Positions 12,171 through 27,600 of a stretch of DNA of 64,000 bases are shown in pieces. Position 1 is the first letter of the stretch. Every line of letters begins with the position of its first letter. The stretch is from Squalus acanthias. Lineage: Eukaryota. Location of the stretch: the NCBI GenBank assembly GCA_030390025.1, contig CM059431.1:124746001-124810000 (forward strand). The letters are read 5' to 3'. The position numbers and the translations under genes were made by a program. A model generated the notes under the pieces. It saw nothing but the letters and a program-made list of their open reading frames with translations, was not told where the DNA came from and did not search any database.

Positions 12171-15100
12171 CAACTTTGTTCTGAATCTCATGCTATCATT
12201 GAACATTGCTCTGAATCTCATGCTATCATTGAACTTTGCTCTGAATCTCATGATATCATTGCACTTTAGTCTGAATCTCATGCTATCAGTGATCAATGCC
12301 CGGAATCTCAAGATATCATTGAACTTTGCTCTGAAACACATGCAATCATTGAACTTTGCTCTGAATCTCAAGCTATCGTTGAACTTCACTCTGACTCTCA
12401 TGCTCTCATTGAACATTGTTCTGAATCTCATGCTATCGTTGAACTTTGCTCTGATTCTCATGCTATCATGGAACTTTGTTCTGAATCTCATGCTTTCATT
12501 GAACTTTGCTCTGATTCTCATGCTATCAGTGATCAATGCTATCAGTGATCAATGCCCGGAATCTCATGCTATCATTGAACTTGGCTTTGATTCTCTTGCA
12601 ACCATGAACTTTGCTCTGAATCTCATGCTATCATTGAACTTTTTTCTGAATCTGATGCTATCATTCAACTTTGCTCTGAATTTCATGCGATCATTGAACT
12701 TTTCGCTGAATCTCATGCTATCATTTAACTTTTTTCCGAATTTCTTGCTATCATTGAACTTTGCTCTGAATCTATTGCTATTGTTGAACTTTGCTCTGAA
12801 TCTCATGCTTTCATTGAACTTTCCTCAGAATCTCATGCTATATTGATGTTTGCTCAGAATCTCATACTATCATTGAACTTTGCTCTGAATCTCATGCTAT
12901 CATTGATCAATGTCCAGAATCTCATGCATTGAACTTTGCTTTGATTCTCTTGCAAACATGAACTTTGATCTGAATCTCATGTTATCGTTGTACTTTGCTC
13001 TGAATCTCATTCTAACATTGAACTTTGTTCTGAATCTCATTCTAACATTGAACTTTGTTCTGAATCTCATGCTGTCATAGAAATTTGCTCTGAATCACAT
13101 GCAATTATTGAACTTCGGTCTGAATCTCATTCTCTCAGTGAACTTTGTCCTGAATCTCATGCTATCGTTGAACTATGCTCTGAAACTCATGCTATCATCG
13201 AACTTTGTTCTGAATCTCATGCTCTCAGTGAACTTTGATCTGAATCTTATACTATCACTGAACATTGCTCTGAATTTCATGCTATCATTGAACTTTGTTC
13301 TGAATCTCATGCTATCATTGCACTTTAGTCTAAATCTCATGCTATCAGTGATCAATGCCCGGAATCTCACGTTATCATTGAACTTTGTTTTGATTCGCTT
13401 GCAAACATGAACTTTGCTCTGAATCTCACGCTATCATTGAAATTTGCACTGAATGTCAGCTACCACTAAAATTTAGTCCGAATCACAGTCTAACATTGAA
13501 CTTTTCGCTGAATTTCATGCTATCATTCCACTTTAGTCTGAATCTCATGCTATCAGTGATCAATGCTCGGAATCTCATGCTATCATTGAACTTTGCTTTG
13601 ATTCTCTTGCAACCGTGAACTTTGCACAGAATTTCATGCTATTGTTTAACTTTGTTCTGAACCTTATGTTATCATTGAATTTGATCTGAAAGTCATGCTA
13701 TCATTGAACTTCTCTCTGAATCTCATGCTATCATTGAACTTTGCTTTGATTCTCTTGCAAACATGAACTTTGATCTGAATCTGATGCTATCATTGAACTT
13801 TGTTCTGAATCTCATGCTATCATCGAACTTTGTTCTGAATCTCATGCTCTCAGTGAACTTTGCTCTGAATCTTATACTATCATTGAACTTTGCTCTGAAT
13901 CTCACGCTATCATTGAACTTTGCACTGAATGTCAGCTACCATTGAAATTTAGTCCGAATTTCAGTCTAACATTGAAATTTGCTCTGAATCTCATGCTATC
14001 ATGGAACTTTGTTCTGATTCTCATGCTATCATTTGACTTTAGTCTGAAACTCATGCTATCATTGCACTTTATTCTGAATCTCATGCTATCAGTGATTAAT
14101 GGTCGGAATCTTATGCTATCATTGAACTTTGCTTTGATTCTCTTGCAAACATGAACTGTGCTCTGAATCTCATGCTATCATTGCACTTTAGTCTGAATCT
14201 CATGCTTTCATTGATCATTGCTCGGAATCTCCTGCTATCATTGAACTTTGCTTTGATTCTCTTGTAACCATGAACTTTGTTCTGAATCTAATGCTATCAT
14301 TGAAATTTATTCTGAATTTCATGCTATCATTGAACTTTATTCTGAATTTCATGCTATCAGTGATCATTGCCCGGAATCTGATGCTATCATTGAATTTTGT
14401 TTTGATTCTCTTGCAAACATGTACTTTGCTCTGAATCTCATGCTATCATTGAAATTTAGTCTGAATCTCATTCTATCATTGAACTTTGCTCTGTATCTGA
14501 TGCTATCATTGAACTTTGCTCTGAATCTTACACTATTGTTGAACTTAAGTCTGAATCTCATGCGATCATTGAACTTTGCTCTGAATCTCATGCGATCATT
14601 GAACTTTATTCTGAATTTCATGCTAACATTGCAGTTTAGTCTGAATCTCATGCGATCATTCAACTTTGCTCTGACTTTCAAGCTATCATTGAACTTTGTT
14701 CTGAATCTGATGCTGTCATTGATCATTGCTCAGAGTCTCATGCTATCATTGAACTTCGATCTGTATCTCATGCTATCATTGAACTTTGCTTTGATTCTCT
14801 TGCAACCATGAAAGTTTCTGTGAATCCCAAGCTATTGTTGAACTTTGCTCTGAATCTCATGCTATCATTGAACGTTAGTCTGAATCTCATTCTATCATTG
14901 AACATTGCCCGGAATCTCATGCTATCATTGAATTTTGTTTTGATTCTCTTGCAAACATGAACTTTGCTCTGAATCTCATGCTATCATTAAACTTTGCTCT
15001 GAATCTCATGCTGTCATTGAACTTTAGGCTGTATCTCATGCTATCATTGATCACTGCCAGGAATCTCAAGCTATCATTGAATATTGCTTTGATTCTCTTG

Positions 15101-18100
15101 CAACCATGGACTTTGCTCTGACTCTAATGCTATTGTTGAACTTTGCTCTGAATCTCGAGCTATTGTTGAACTTTGCTCTGAATCTCATGCTATCATCGAA
15201 CCTTGCCCTGAATCTCATGATGTCATTGAACTTTGCTCTGAATCTACTGCGATCTTTGAACTTTGCTCTGAATCTAATTCTGTTGTTGAACTTTCCTCTG
15301 AATCTCATTCAATCTTTGAAATTTGCTTTGAATGTCATGCTATCATTGAACTTTGCTCTGAATCTCATGCTATCACTGAAATTTAGTCCGAATCTCATGC
15401 GATGATTGAACTTTGCTCTGAGTCTCGTGCGATCATTGAAATTTTGTCTGAATCTCGTGCGACCATTGAACTTTTCTCTGAATCTCATGAAATCATTTAA
15501 CTTTGCTCTGAATCTCTTGCTGTCATTGAACTTTGTTCTGAATCTCAAGCTGTCATTGTACTTTATTCTGGAGCTCCTGCTTTCATTGAACTTTGCCTTT
15601 GTAGAGTTTCGCAATTATCGCGAATCAAAATAATATGAGAGAAGCAGGCTCAATTGATCATTTTTATTAAACAAAATGCTGCCCTGATAATAAAGGACAC
15701 AGAAGCCTGTAAAATGGCCGCCGCGCATCGTGGCAGAAGCTTCCAGAGACACAGTGGGCAGACAAGATGGCGTTGAATATACATTCATTATGAGATTGGA
15801 TCATACTCGGTACACATTGAAAAGGCAGGATGCAACCCGTTTGCATCCTGGACAATAGCAATGATATAAGTGCTGGAATCGTTTCATACGCACAGTAAGG
15901 ATCATTGAACTGGGCCATCGAGAACCCATCCAGACACATCAATACACAAATACCCCCCCGGCTCAACAATGAGAGAGACATTGGCGGGTGATTAAGCCAG
16001 TATTCGGGGGGCCCCAAAACCAGTCGAGGAGACGATTCATACACATCCTGGCTGGCTCAACAATGGAGAAGGTATTAATGGATTGTTGGCCAGTTTCAGG
16101 TGTTACCGAAACCCGTTAAGAAGATAATCGCCCCATGCTGGGAGTTTTGGGCGCCAAAATCACACAAAGAATAAATGTTTAGATTTGAGCGGGAGATAAG
16201 GCTGACAAAGCAGTATAACTATAGGGAACAAATGTCCATCGCTGTCTCTCTTCCTGGGCTCTTCCTTGACTCTCTCTCTCTCAGGCTGGACCCTCTCGGG
16301 CTCTCTTGGCTCTTGACTTTTCGCCGTGCTGGTCGGTTATTCGAGTGTTGGGTGGAGCTCAATCGGAACGAGCCGCCTCGACAGGGCAAGTAACAGGGTA
16401 CACCATCCCGAGCGTCGGTAAACGGTGTCCGGACCCAGAGGCCCGAGCAACCAGAAGAAAGACGAGAAGAAATTCCACGTGCCGCCGAGGTCAGTAAACC
16501 CCGACCGCGCCCAAAGATATAACGACAGAATCCATCTTTGAATTCTACAGACTACTACATGAACCGTTTTCTTTGAATTCTACGGACTACTCCACGATCC
16601 GGTCTGAATCCATCGACCACTTCATGACATCAGGGAATCTGGCTTACCTTTCGCAGCAGCGAGAGTAAACAAGTGGGGTGCAGAAACTCTTACAACCACG
16701 TGACAGTCAGGCGCTGCAGCAAAACGAGCTGAGTGCCTCACTTTAAATTTCCGAAGTGAGCCGAGTGGTGAGCATGTTTTCCGATCCTACAAATCCAGAC
16801 GTAGTTTAGGAATACTGAGGGAGGGTGGTTTTCTAAGGTTAATGTATAATGTGTTCCCCGTTTTACGATGTGTCGTGTGTTCCCCATTTCCATAGACCAA
16901 GTTTTATGAACGTGTGTATACTGGTACTCTCTTTGATCTGCGCCTATGACATGTATTTCATGATTTTAGACGCCATGCAATAAAGATATTCATTTTGTGC
17001 TATTCAACCGGGTCTATTTGAGTCTTTTCTCTGCATTACTGCTCCTTGCGTCTAAGTCCAGGGGTCAGAACCGTAAGGGCGAGTGGGTCGAACCACTCAC
17101 AGGTGCTTATTGCAAAAGTCTGGCCGGAGTCCAGAGCAAGCAATAGTATAGGCAACGAAGGCCTCACCTCGCACCAGTACCGTGACCCCTTACACCTTGA
17201 ATATCACGCTTTCATTTAACATTGCTTTGAATCTCATGCTAGCATTGAACTTTGCTCGGAATCTCATGCTATCATTGAACTCTTGTCTGAATCTCGTGCG
17301 ACCGTTGAACTTTTCTCTAAATCTTATGAAATCATTGAACTTTGCTCAGAGTCTCATGCTATCATTGAACTTTAGTCTGAATCTTGTGCATCATTGAACA
17401 TTGATCTGAATCTCATGCTATCATTGAACTTTGCTCTGAATCTCATGCTATCATTGAACTTTGCTTTGAATCTCATACTTTCATCGAACTTTGCTCTGAA
17501 TCTCATGCTATCATTGAACTTTGCTCTGAATCTCATGCTATCATTGAACTTTGCCTGAATCTCATGCTGTCATTGAACTTTGCACTGAATCTCATGCGAT
17601 CATGCATTATCTTATGAAAGAATTCTGGTCTTGATGAGATGAGACAGTTTTTGAATCTCAATAAATAACCTTCATTGAAACAGCAGAATGCGTGGCTCCG
17701 AATGGGAGGTCTTGTTGGAACAGAACAATGGTTAACCCAGGATAAAAGATCTTGATTAAACTTCTTAAAGATGACACATGAAATAAGGGACATCTGCCCT
17801 TCACAGCTTCTATAAGGTGAACCCTGAACACCTGGAGATGCAGCAGATTCTGGAATATTACAAGCTGATGTGACAGTAAGAATTGCAGAAGTCAGCAGAA
17901 AGATAATTAGTGATTCTCTTGCAACCTTTTACTTTGCTTTGAATCTAATGCTATCATTGAACTTTGCTCTGAATCTCATGCTATCATTGAACTTTGCTCT
18001 GAATCTAATGCTATTGTTAAACTTTGCTCTGAATCTCATGATATCATTGAACTTCAGTCAGAATTTAATGCTATAATTGAACTTTCCTCTGAATCACATG

Positions 18101-21100
18101 CTATCACTGAAATTTAGTCCGACTCTCATGCGATCATTGAACTTTGCTCTGAATCTCATGAAATCATTGAACTTTGCTCAGAATCTCATGAAATCATTTA
18201 ACTTTGCTCAGAATCTCATGCTATCATTGAACTTTAGTCTGAATCTTGTGCCTCATTGAATATTGATCTGAATCTTCTGCTGTCATTGAACTTTGTTCTG
18301 AATCTCATGCTATCATTGAACTTTGCTCTGAATCTAATTCTATTGTTGAACTTTAATCTGAATCTCATGCGATCATTGAACTTTTGTCTGAATCTCGTGA
18401 AATCATTGAACTTTGCTCAGAATCTCATGCTATCATTGAACGTTGCTCTGAATCTCATGCTATCATTAATCTTTGCCTTGAATATCACGCTTTCATTTAA
18501 CCTAGCTTTGAAACTCATGCTAGCATTGAACTTTGCTCTGACTCTCATGCTCTCTTTGAACTTTGCTCTGAATCTAATTCTATTGTTGAACTTTCCTCAG
18601 AATCTCATTCAATCTTTGAACTTTGTTCTGAATCTCATGCTATCATTGATCTTTTCCTTGAATATCACGCTTTCATTTTACCTTTCTTTGAAACTCATGC
18701 TAGCATTGAACATTGCTCGGAATCTCATGCTATCATTGAACATTGCTCTGAATCTCATGCTATCATTGAACATTGCTCTGAATCTCATGCTATCATTGAA
18801 CGTGGCTCTGAATCTCATGCTATCATTGAACATTGCTCTGAATCTCATGCTATCGTGGAACTTTGCTCTGAATCACATGCTATCATTGATGTTTGGTCAG
18901 AATCTCATGCTGTCATTTAACTTGGCAGTGAATCTCATGCTATCATTGTGTGAAGGAATAAACTATATAAGCTTTTTAGAAAAAGCACTAACTTATGAAA
19001 GAATTCTGGCCTTGTTGAGATGAGACAGTTTTTGAATCTGAATAAATAACCTTCATTAAAACAGCAGAATGCCCGGCACCGAATGCGAGGCCTTGTTGGA
19101 ACAGAACAATGGTTAACCCAGGATAAAAGATCTTGATTAAACTTCTTAAAGATGATACATGAAATAAGGGACATCTGCCCTTCACAGCTTCTATAAGGTG
19201 AACCCTGAACACCTGGAGATGCAGCAGATTCTGGAATATTACAAGCTGATGCGACAGTAAGAATTGCTGAAGTCAGCAGAAAGATATTTAGTGATAATTA
19301 ACTTTGCTTTGATTCACTTGCAACCTTGAACTTTGCTCGGAATCTCATGCTATCATTGAACTTTGCTCTGAATCTTGTGCATTATTGCACATTGATCTGA
19401 ATCTCATGCTCTCATTGAACTTGGCTCTGAATCTCATGCTATCATTGAACTTGGCCTTGAATCTGATGGTATTGTTGAACTTTTCTCTGAATCTCATGCT
19501 ATCTTTGAACTTTGCTCTGAATCTAATTCTATTGTTGAACTTTCCTCAGAATCTCATGCTATCATTGAACTTTGCTCTGAGTCTTGTGCATCATTGCACA
19601 TTGATCTGAATCTCATGCTCTCATTGAACTTGGCTCTGAATCTCATGCTATCATTGAACTTGGCCTTGAATCTGATGGTATTGTTGAACTTTTCTCTGAA
19701 TCTCATGCTATCTTTGAACTTTGCTCTGAATCTAATTCTATTGTTGAACTTTCCTCAGAATCTCATTCAATCTTTGAACTTTGATTTGAATCACACGCTA
19801 TCACTGATCTTTGCTCTGAATCTGATTCTATGAATGAAGTTTGCTCAGAATCTCATGCTATCATTGAACTTTGCTCAGAATCTCATGCTATCATTGAACT
19901 TGGCTCTGAATCTCATGTTATCATTGATCTTTGCCTTGAATATCATGCTTTCATTTAACCTTACTTTGAAACACATGCTATCATTGAACATTGCTCTGAA
20001 TCTCATGCTATCATTGAACTTTGCACTGAATCTCATGCTATCATTGTGTGAAGGAATAAACTATATAAGCTTTTTAGAAAAAGCAATAACTTATGAAAGA
20101 ATTCTGGTCTTGTTGAGTTGAGGCAAATTTTGAATCTGAATAAATAACCTTCATTGAAACTGCAGAATGCATGGCTCCGAATGCGAGGCCTTGTTGGAAC
20201 AGAACAATGGTTAACCCTGGATAAAAGATCTTGATTAAACTTCTTAAAGATGATACATGAAATAAGGGACATCTGCCCTTCACAGCTTCTATAAGGTGAA
20301 CCCAGAACACCTGGAGATGCAGCAGATTCTGGAATATTACAAGCTGATGCGACAGTAAGAATTGCAGAAGTCAGCAGCAAGATATTTAGTGATAATTAAC
20401 TTTGCTTTGATTCACTTGCAACCTTGAACTTTGCTCTGAATCTCATGCTATAATTGAACTTTGCTCGGAATCTCATGCTATCATTGAACAGGGCCTTGAA
20501 TCTGATGCTATTGTTGAACTTTCCTCAGAATCTCATTCAATCTTTGAACTTTCCTCAGAATCTCATGCTATCTTTGAACTTTTCTCTGAATCTCATTCAA
20601 TCTTTGAACTTTGATCTGAATCACATGCTATCACTGAACTTTGCTCTGAATCTGATTCTATGAATGAAGTTTGCTCAGAGTCTCATGCTATCATTGAACT
20701 TTGCTCTGAATCACATGCTATCTTTGGACTTTGCTCTGAATCTCCTGCTATCATTGAACTTTCCTCTGAATCACATGCTATCATTGAACTTTGCACTGAA
20801 TCACATGCTATTACTGAAATTTAGTCCGAATCTCATGCGATCATTGAACTTTGCTCTGAATCTCATGCGACCGTTGAACTTTTCTCTAAATCTCATGCTC
20901 TCATTTAACTTTGCTCAGAATCTCATGCTATCATTGAACTTTAGTCTGAATCTTGTGCATCATTGATAATTGATCTGAATCTCACGCTAGCATTGAACAT
21001 TGCTCTGAATCTCATGCTATCATTGATCTTGGCTCTGAATCTCATGCTATCATTGAACTATGCTCTGAATTTCATGCTTTCATTTAACTTTGCTCTGAAT

Positions 21101-21559
21101 CTCCTGCTGTCATTGAACTTTGTTCTGGAGCTCCTGCTATCATTGAACTTTGTTATGAATCTCATGCTATCATTGATCTTTGCCTTGAATATCATGCTTT
21201 CATTTAACCTTGCTTTGAATCTCATGCTAGCATTGAACTTTGCTCGGAATCTCATGCTATCATTTAACCTTGCTTTGAATCTCATGCTATCATTTAACTG
21301 TGCTCTGAATCTCGTGCTGTCATTGAATATTGTTCTGAATTTCATGCTATCATTGATCATTGCTCTGAACCTGATGAAATCATTGTACTTCACTTTGAAA
21401 CTCATGCTATCATTGAACTTTAGTTTTAATCTCATGCTATCTTTGAACATTGCTCTGAATCTTGTGTAATAATTGAACCTTGCTTTAAATGTAGTGCAAT
21501 AATTGAACCTTGCTCTGAATCTTGTGTAATAATAGAACCGTGCTCTGAATCTCATGCAA
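12171..21559. repeat. Tandem satellite, 30-bp unit CTGAATCTCATGCTATCATTGAACTTTGCT, interrupted by a solo LTR and three copies of a ~300-350 bp spacer
   Basis: Hundreds of degenerate 30-bp copies; 10-aa periodicity in the ORF track (LNLMLSLNFA / MRFRAKFNDS). Confidence 0.97.
15600..17194 (+). mobile_element. Solo LTR inserted in the satellite
   Basis: TGTAGAG...CCTTACA termini; TSD CCTT at 15596-15599 and 17195-17198; homologous to the A-type LTRs. Confidence 0.95.
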
Positions 21560-21744
21560 TCCCTGCTAAGATTATGACTAAATAATTCATTTTTTACTTT
21601 GTGAAATTACAATTTTCCATCTTTTGGCAAATACCATATCTAACAGTTGAGCTGGACTTTTTCTTTGTCCAATACATTAATCAAGATCTTCTAATGGGTG
21701 CAAAGGATAAGGAATTCATATATTCAAGACATAGATCGCTAGAT

Positions 21745-21900
21745 TTTTGAATATTACGGGAATCAAGGGATATGGGGATAGTTCAGGAAAGTGGAGATGA
21801 GGTAGAAGATCAGCTATGATCTTATTGAATGGCGGAGCAGGCTCGAAGGGCCAAATGGCCCACTCCTGCTCCTATTTCTTATGTTCTTATGTTCTTATGA
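21745..21900 (+). mobile_element. CR1-type LINE 3' end
   Basis: CR1-like 3' UTR ending in (TTCTTATG)n repeats. Confidence 0.75.
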
Positions 21901-23269
21901 ATACCCTCTGAATAACTTCTAGTTGATTAGACCCCATGCATTTTCTGTTTGAACATAGCAGGAATGGCCTTCAAGCTGGAAGTCATCATTTGATTTGATA
22001 TAGTTACTCATGTGAGAAAAAATATGATTTTAGCTTAACAGATGTAATCTACCAGTATTCACTGTACAAATACATTTTGCTACAATACTCAGGCCCACAG
22101 AACCATGCACAATATTTTGGATGTTTGCCATGGGTAATGTATCCAACTGTACATACTCATTCAAGTGTCTGTAGGCCACATAGAACCCTTCACTTCCAGC
22201 TTTCCTCAGTATTGCTCCTGGGGATACAAAAGCTGGCCAAGGAGATTGGGATTGTCAATGATGTCTTGTTTCAGCACTTCTATTTTAAAACCTTATCTTA
22301 GTTTGTTTCTTAGTTGACTAAGGACATGGGTGTTGACACTTTGGCAGTACAACCCCTCTAATGATGTCATGGTGTATCAACACCATTCAATCACCCTCAG
22401 ATATTACTTCTGAATATGATTGCGGAAATGCACAAAAAGCCCCTCGCCATTTTGTCTGCAACAGAGCTTGTTTCAGTTTCTGTAAAAATGTTCCCCATTT
22501 TCTCATTTGAACTAGCATCCAGAATTACAGTAATTTTATCCATTGCTACTAACATCTGGACCACTGTAAGCTTTTTCAACAACAGCAATTCCCTTTGGTT
22601 TCTATAGTAAATCTTACCAATTACCGAGGCGATTATCAGATCTGCACATTGAATGAAATCAATACCTGGTAGTACAATAAAGGCAACATTTGTCACAAAT
22701 GAGATGGCTTCTGTTTCTGACGCTTTTGTTACCAGTGCTCTGGTTTGTTAAAACTATAGTGCTGATTTTACCTTCCCCCCCACCACCTGTGCCCGATGAG
22801 TACGGGGGCATGCGAGGGGTTAAAATAAATGCAGCTTCCTGCCCTCTAGCTTGCCACTGCATTCATGTCAGCCACGATTTTTACTGAAAAGTTTTGGGAG
22901 GCATGTGACCGGTCTCATTAAAATGAAAACATAATACAGACCCAGATGCCATTTAGGCAAACAGTTGCATGTTTGGTGCCCAGTGCCAGCCTCGCCAGGA
23001 ACACTGCCAGGAACACCGGGTGCCAAGGAACAGCAGACCCAGAGAAGAGCTGAGAAGGTAAGAGAATTTTGATTGTTAAGGTTTCCTTGTGGGCCAGGAG
23101 GATAGGAGTGCTCCATGCTTCCCCTGCTCCCAGCCACCCCCGCGATCACCTCTGGAATCCCCCCTCCATACTTACCATTGCCGAGGACTGTTCCCTCTGG
23201 TCCTCGGCGGCGGCCTCCTGCCACGCTCACTCACTCCTGCCCGCCACCACCACTGCCACCGCAACGCCA

Positions 23270-23700
23270 TTGATGCTGTGTTAATGTTAACAGCATTGAT
23301 ATAGCTGGTCCAGTTAAACTTCTGATGAATGGTGACCCCTTAAGATATTGATGCTGGGGAGTTGGTGATGGTTGAAGGTCAGGGGGAAATAGCTGGGTTT
23401 TTCTTGTTGAAGATAGCCATTACCTGCTACTTAAGTGCATGACCTGCCACTTATTTTCGCAGTGTAATCCAGACCCTCCTGTAGGCTGACATGGGCTGCC
23501 TCATTATTTGAGTTGTGAATTAAGCTAAACACTGTAGAATTGTTAGAGAATAGTCCTACTCCTGACGTGACAGAGAAAAGGTCATTGCTGAATCCAGTGA
23601 AGATGGTTTGGCCAAAGGCACTTCCCTGAGGAACTCCTGCAGCAATGTAATGATTGGCCTCTGACAACACAGCTATGTTCTTTGTGTTAGCCATTGGAGA
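23270..23700 (-). mobile_element. Degenerate L2/CR1-clade LINE RT fragment
   Basis: IAAGVPQGS...NDL motif; homologous to the LINE at 61208-64000. Confidence 0.65.
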
Positions 23701-24629
23701 GTTTTCTCTTTAACACCATTGACCACAGTTTTGTTGAGAATAAACATTAAAAATTAATTCATAGATTATTGAACAGACTAAATTACAGAGGAAACCCATT
23801 GAAGCAAACAGTATAAATCGCTTTGAGAGATAAACAGTTATTTCTGAGGTGACTGAGGTTGAAGGATATAGTGAAAAGGCAGACAGGTAGGGTTGATCCC
23901 TGAAAAGGAGCCAGTTTGTTGGCTCGAATGGCCTTTTCTTGTTCCTATGAATTTCTATGTAACTATCAAGTTCTCTTCTTAGATGCTAAATTTTGCATTG
24001 AATTGTCCTTTGTCCAATGAAGATGGTGTTTGAAACAAAGTGCAGCAAAACAGGTTTTCAACAAATTAATTGGACTAATTATTCAGTTGACCAGATCCTC
24101 ATATACATTTACCGTAATGATTGGTTAATGAGTTCAGAGGATCTCCTGCCATAACTTCAGTGAGAGATTGGCAGAACTCGCAGAGAAGTGGCATAACTGG
24201 CTAAACAGTCATTTGTGCAATTCCCAGTGGGTTCCGCTGGTATCCTGACAAAGTTATGTTAGTGGATCCCAAGAACCGCTGTAGAATTTGAGGGTCACAG
24301 TATATGGAGAGTAATAGCTATCTTTCAAGAATGACAAGCAAGTAACCTCATTGAGGATTCAACTGGATTATGCATAGAATAAGGAATATTGGTACCCTGG
24401 GATTTCTGGCCCTTAATATGTGTTTATGTCAAATTCCACTCCCTGCTATTTTAATGGAGGCATAGCTGTTTATTTTAATGCCTATGTTAAAATAGCAAAG
24501 AGAGGAATTTCATGCAAGTATGTTAAGTGTTTGTAGAAAAAACATCATACATAACTTCCAGATTCAAAAAAGGAAAGTTCTTTCACTTAGCTTGGAATTA
24601 CAGCACAGAGGAGAAATACGGCACAGAAA

Positions 24630-27600
24630 AAAAATAGAAGAAAATCTAGAAACCAAAAATATAATAATGAATAGTCAGCATGGATTGCAAAAGGGAAAGT
24701 CTTGCTTGACCAACCTCATTGAATTTTTTGAAGAGGTAACAGAGAGAGTAGACAAGGTTAATGCAGTAGATGTAATTTATCTAGATTTCCAAAAGGCCTT
24801 CGATAATGCACCACATAATAGACTAATGAATAAGGTCAGAGATTGCGGAGTCAGGGGACAAGTAGCAGATGGATAGCTAGCTGGCTTCAAGACAGAAAGC
24901 AGAGAGTAGGGGTAAAGGGTAGCTTTTCAGAATGGCAGAAGGTGGAATGTGGGGTCCCATATGGATCAGTGCTGGGAACAATGTTGTTCACAATTTATAT
25001 TAATGATTTAGACTTTGGAATCAAAAACACAATTTCTAATTTTTCACAAATTGGGGTGATAGTAAATACTGAGGAGGACTGCAACAAATTACAAGAAGAC
25101 ATTAATAAACTTGCAGAAAGGGCATATAATTGGCAAATTAATTTTAACACAGATAAATGTGAGATATTACATTTCATTAAGAAAAATAAGGAGGTCACCT
25201 ATTACTTGGAAAATAAGAATTTAAATGGGGTAGAAGAGCAAAGAGATCTTGGAGTACAAATACACAAATCACTAAAGTAGCGACGCAGGTTAATAAGGCC
25301 ATTAAAAAAGCAAACCAAGCACTAGAGTTTATTTCTAGAGGGGTAGAATTGAAAACTAAATAAGTTATGCTAAACTTGTATTGAAACTTGGTTAGACCAC
25401 ACTTGGAGTATTGTGTACAATTCTGGTCACCATATTATAAAAAAGGATATAGAGGCACTGGCGAGAGTGCAAAAATGATTTACAAGGATGATACCAGAAA
25501 TGCGAGGTTATATCTATCAGGAAAGGATGAACAGGCTGGGTCTCTTTCCTCTTGAAAAGAGAAAGCCGAGGGGTGAACAAATAGAGGTCTTTAAAATTAT
25601 GAAAGGCTTTGAAAGAGTAGATACAGAGAGAGTAGGCGGAATTTTGCTGGCGCTCAGCGGACCCGATTGGTGGTGGGTCAGCTGTGAAATTTAAAATGAT
25701 TGACAGTGGGTCGGGAACCCGCTGTCAAAATGCGCACACCTGCATTTCCCGATGTCGGGTCTGCCAGCGCTGAGCAGACCTGACAGGCAGTGGCGGGGGA
25801 GCCAATTCAAATCATTAGTGGCTTGTTTACAGACACTTAACAATGCTTGTTTTTCCCAGCTTTTTAACTTTCACAGGTCTCCCACCAGTTTCCCGCTGTG
25901 CCTAGACCTCGTCAGTGAAGCTGAGTCGGGAGTTCAGTTGCGATTGAATGAGCTGATGAGTTGACAGCTTCAAATGTCAACTCAAAGCTCCCAGCTGTAT
26001 CAGATATTTTCCCTTAAGCACTAGCATGTCTAAACTGCATTTCTACTACAGATTCAGAATGCTGCAAGTCTTTACATAAGTCTCCATGCAGTCTGACCTC
26101 ATTACCTCTCCCACCATTGACAGATCGCTTCTGTCATTTCATCTTCACCTGCCATCTATTCCATCAGCATGGGCGCACTTTATACTCTCTCACCTTAGTC
26201 CTCAGAATCTGACCATGATCAGCTCCAACACCAGCAGCACCAGGCAGATCAGCAGCACCAACAACCATACTAACCATCTCCACAATCACCTGATGCTGCA
26301 CAGGACACAGGGCATCAGCACCCAAGCACATTGCTGCCCAGGATGCCAGCGATGGCCTCACCATGGCCACATTTACTTCACTTGATGCTGCACAACCTGG
26401 CTGCCACATGATGCACCAGATTGGCACCACCCCACACCAACACCATAAAGCATCCCTACAATGCCCAAGCCATTCCTTCCACACTCATCACCATTGCGGG
26501 GGGTACCATTATGTCTCATTATTCACTGCAACTCACTAAGCCACTTCCAAAGGTGCACACAAATCTGTCCAAGAATGCAAAGTGTTGAAAATAAAGATTT
26601 CCAATGTTTGACAGCACATTAACAGAAACTTCACATGAACATTGGCTAAAACACACAAGTGCCTACCCTTGTGTATTGTTAGTTGGTATGATTGGACTAG
26701 GATGAGGGTGAGTGTGAGGGGTGGCTAGTGAGATGGGGATGTGATAATGTAGATAGAGAGGGATGGGTGGAGGTGCAAGGTAAGTTGGTGTGAGTAAGGA
26801 TGTGCCAGAGTATGGTAGGGAAGACAGAGTGATGGGGATGTAGAGTGGCACAGCAGGATGAGGTTGAATGCGGCTTTGCAGTAACGTTTTGTGATCTACT
26901 TAGATCATTGAAAGGTTTGTGCCACTGCAGCCTGGTCCACCTGATGACATCCCTGCTTGTGCCCTCCTCTGCAATGTGCAACCAGGCTGCGTTGGTCTCC
27001 TGGGGAGGTCTTTTCCGCCCATTGGAAGGGAAGAGAACCTCCCTGCGTGCTGTGACTCTGTGCAGTGCTTGTCAGTGTTTGAAGCACTTCAATGCTGCAG
27101 TACACTGACAGCACAAGTGTCAAAGGAAATTTGCGCATGATCCCTTTAAGGAAACCGGCTGATGACGCGTCATCAAATGATGTCATCAGACCCGCTTCCA
27201 GTTAATTGGTCAGGAAACGCGCTGGGCGGGCTTAACAATCCCAATCAAGGGAAAGTCATGTCAGAGGCCGGGATTAAGACAGGCGCAGGGCTGAGAGCTG
27301 TCACCGACGTCGCCCGCCACGGACTCAACGAGGTCGGAAAAATCGCGGCCAGTGTATCCACTTGTGCAAAGAGCAAAACTAGAAGCCATCAATATAAGAT
27401 AGTTACCAAGAAATCCAATAGGGAATTCAGAAGAAACTTCTTTTCCCAGAGAGTGGTGAGAATGTGGAACTCGCTACCACAGGCATTTGTTGAAGCGAAT
27501 AGTATAGATGCATTTAAAGGGAGGCTAGATAAGCATACGAGAAGGGAAGTGAGGTTTATGCTGATACAGTTAGATGTGGAAAGATGAGAGGAGGCTCAAA

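Noticed and set aside
12150..21555. Many Leu/Asn-rich (+) and MRFRAKFNDS (-) ORFs, superficially LRR-like
   Set aside because: Artefact of a 30-bp stop-poor satellite unit; frequent frameshifts and no gene structure
12171..21559. CRISPR-like array
   Set aside because: Repeats are head-to-tail without unique spacers; no cas genes; eukaryotic context
22397..22696. 99-aa minus-strand ORF with nearby splice-like signals, possible host exon
   Set aside because: No recognisable homology and no consistent exon boundaries
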